DNA from: Azolla caroliniana
Lineage: Eukaryota; Plantae; Polypodiophyta
Assembly (NCBI GenBank): GCA_043228905.1
Contig: JBHGNT010000006.1
Span: 7,316,001-7,380,000 of the forward strand
DNA: 64,000 nucleotides
Reading direction: 5' to 3'
Below the pieces are notes generated by a model. The model was not told the origin of the DNA. It did no database searches and saw nothing but the letters and a program-made list of their open reading frames with translations. The position numbers and the translations under genes are program-made. How positions within the stretch are numbered: the stretch's first letter is position 1; each line of letters opens with the position of its first letter. Shown in pieces: positions 62,554 through 64,000 of this stretch.

Positions 62554-64000
62554 CTCTGATGTTGATATTATCTGTTTAAAAATTCTAAACAGACCGGACT
62601 TGATTCTAGTATTTCTTTATCTCCGTGAGACAGATTGAACTTTCATTCAGGATTTGTGAGACAGATCTGTGTTTCAAAATACGATTTTTTTATATTTTTT
62701 TTTGCTCTCTTTTTGGGAAATAGTCTGAACTTGATTTAAGGTTTTCTTAGAACGTTTGTTCGAAATTATGTTAGTTCCTCTCTCTCTCGTTTGGAGATAG
62801 AATGACCTTTAATTCATGCCTTCAAAGTCTTCATAAAAGATTTTATTTCTCTGTCTGATATAGTCTGAACTTGATTCTAGCGTCTCCCAGAATATATATT
62901 TCAATATTTGTTTGTTTATCTCTTTCCCTGAAACAGACTGAAAGAAGCTTTTCATTGTGGCTAGCTTTGTTCGTGTTATTCCCTCCGCTTTTCTATTTCT
63001 TCATCAAGAAGCATGGAATTTGAATGAAAACGTGAAGTTTGAACATCACTACATCGCCATATTTTTCTGTACATTTGATTACTTTGAAGGCAACTTATCC
63101 TTCATTCATTCTTTCTTTTTCTGTTTTTCCTTTCTTCATCTGTATATCTTTCTTGTAAAGGAATTAACTTTCTTTGCTTGATGCTGTCTGCAAAAAAATT
63201 GTTTCAAGGCAAAGAATTGATAACAGTTTCTTTAGGTCATTTTTGGCCTCTTAAAAATACGTTAATGTATCTTTCTTTCTTTAGCCATTTACAGTCACTT
63301 TGAGATTCTGAGTTAGAAACACCATACCACTCATTAAAGAGTATTATTCGTTTGACTGTGAGGAATCCTCATACTTTTCTGTTTACAGTTTGAAATCTTT
63401 GTTTGTCTGCTCATTTGTTCTCTTTCTGTTAATGCACAAAAAGAGAGATAAGAAAGAAAGAAATATGAGAGCTCTTTTCATTTTTATTTTTTTAAAAACG
63501 AAAAAGACAGACAAAAGATGATCCTTTCGCAGGTTTTTATAATTGTTTTATTTTTCTTTAGTGCAGAAACTCAGTTATGTCTTCCTATATTGATGTTGTT
63601 TTTGCAGATATAGCACATTTCTCAAATATGCGAACAACAGAATGGAGATATTATTCATCTATCCTGCCTATTCCTAATATTTCTTAATATCAATATACTG
63701 CTTTTCTGGTCATCAGAAAAAGAATACTCTCACTGATTCTTGATATTCCATAATAAATACACACCTTTTCTGCTTATCTGAAAGCACATCAATCAATTTG
63801 GTAGCATATTAATCAAGGTTGCAACAAAATCTCACTTCAGTTATTTTGATAGATCTCGGTATTCATATACTCATATTCCCCTCACCTGAAAGTGGTTCAC
63901 ATGTAAATCAAGGTTTTGAACAAAATTTCCAACCAATTCTTGGTAGATAATAATCGACAAACTGCTTTGTTTTGAAAGCATATAAGCCACGGGTTTAAGT
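61645..64000 (+). promoter_or_regulatory. Probable host-gene core promoter/5'UTR (CT-rich Y-patch) followed by a long T-rich first intron with telo-boxes and (CT)n
   Basis: CT-rich stretch 61648-61870, candidate donors CA|GTAAGT (~61784) and TG|GTACGT (~61958), several TAGGGTT motifs 62066-62460, no TE homology seen; no CDS in the window. Confidence 0.45.

Overview
Eukaryotic, transposon-dense DNA, most likely from a non-seed land plant (inferred from Tcn1-type chromoviruses, plant tRNA-Trp/iMet primer sites and telo-boxes). Nest 1 (1-29559): a copia-type LTR remnant contains Ty3/gypsy element B (+). B contains related elements C (-) and A (-), and C contains an intact Tcn1-like chromovirus and an 11.9-kb DNA transposon. 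Nest 2 (34.2-41.5 kb): a young Ty1/copia in an old chromovirus fragment. Nest 3 (42-57 kb): an RTE-like LINE contains a decayed Tcn1-like element, which contains two non-autonomous gypsy elements, each holding a solo LTR. A 5'-inverted L1 and a probable host-gene promoter/5'UTR follow. The most striking object is the DNA transposon at 4297-16200: 25-bp GGG..CCC TIRs, 4-bp GTTA TSD and an intact spliced 863-aa Sola2-like transposase. It also carries a convergent multi-exon cargo gene (unknown domain, coiled coil, RING) and an FCP1/NIF-like pseudo-phosphatase ORF, and each gene has its largest intron filled with the palindrome TAGCTAATTAGCTA. Separately, the tRNA-Trp-primed gypsy family makes 4-bp TSDs consistent with an MCGK target at all five visible insertions. 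All calls were made by eye; no database searches were run.
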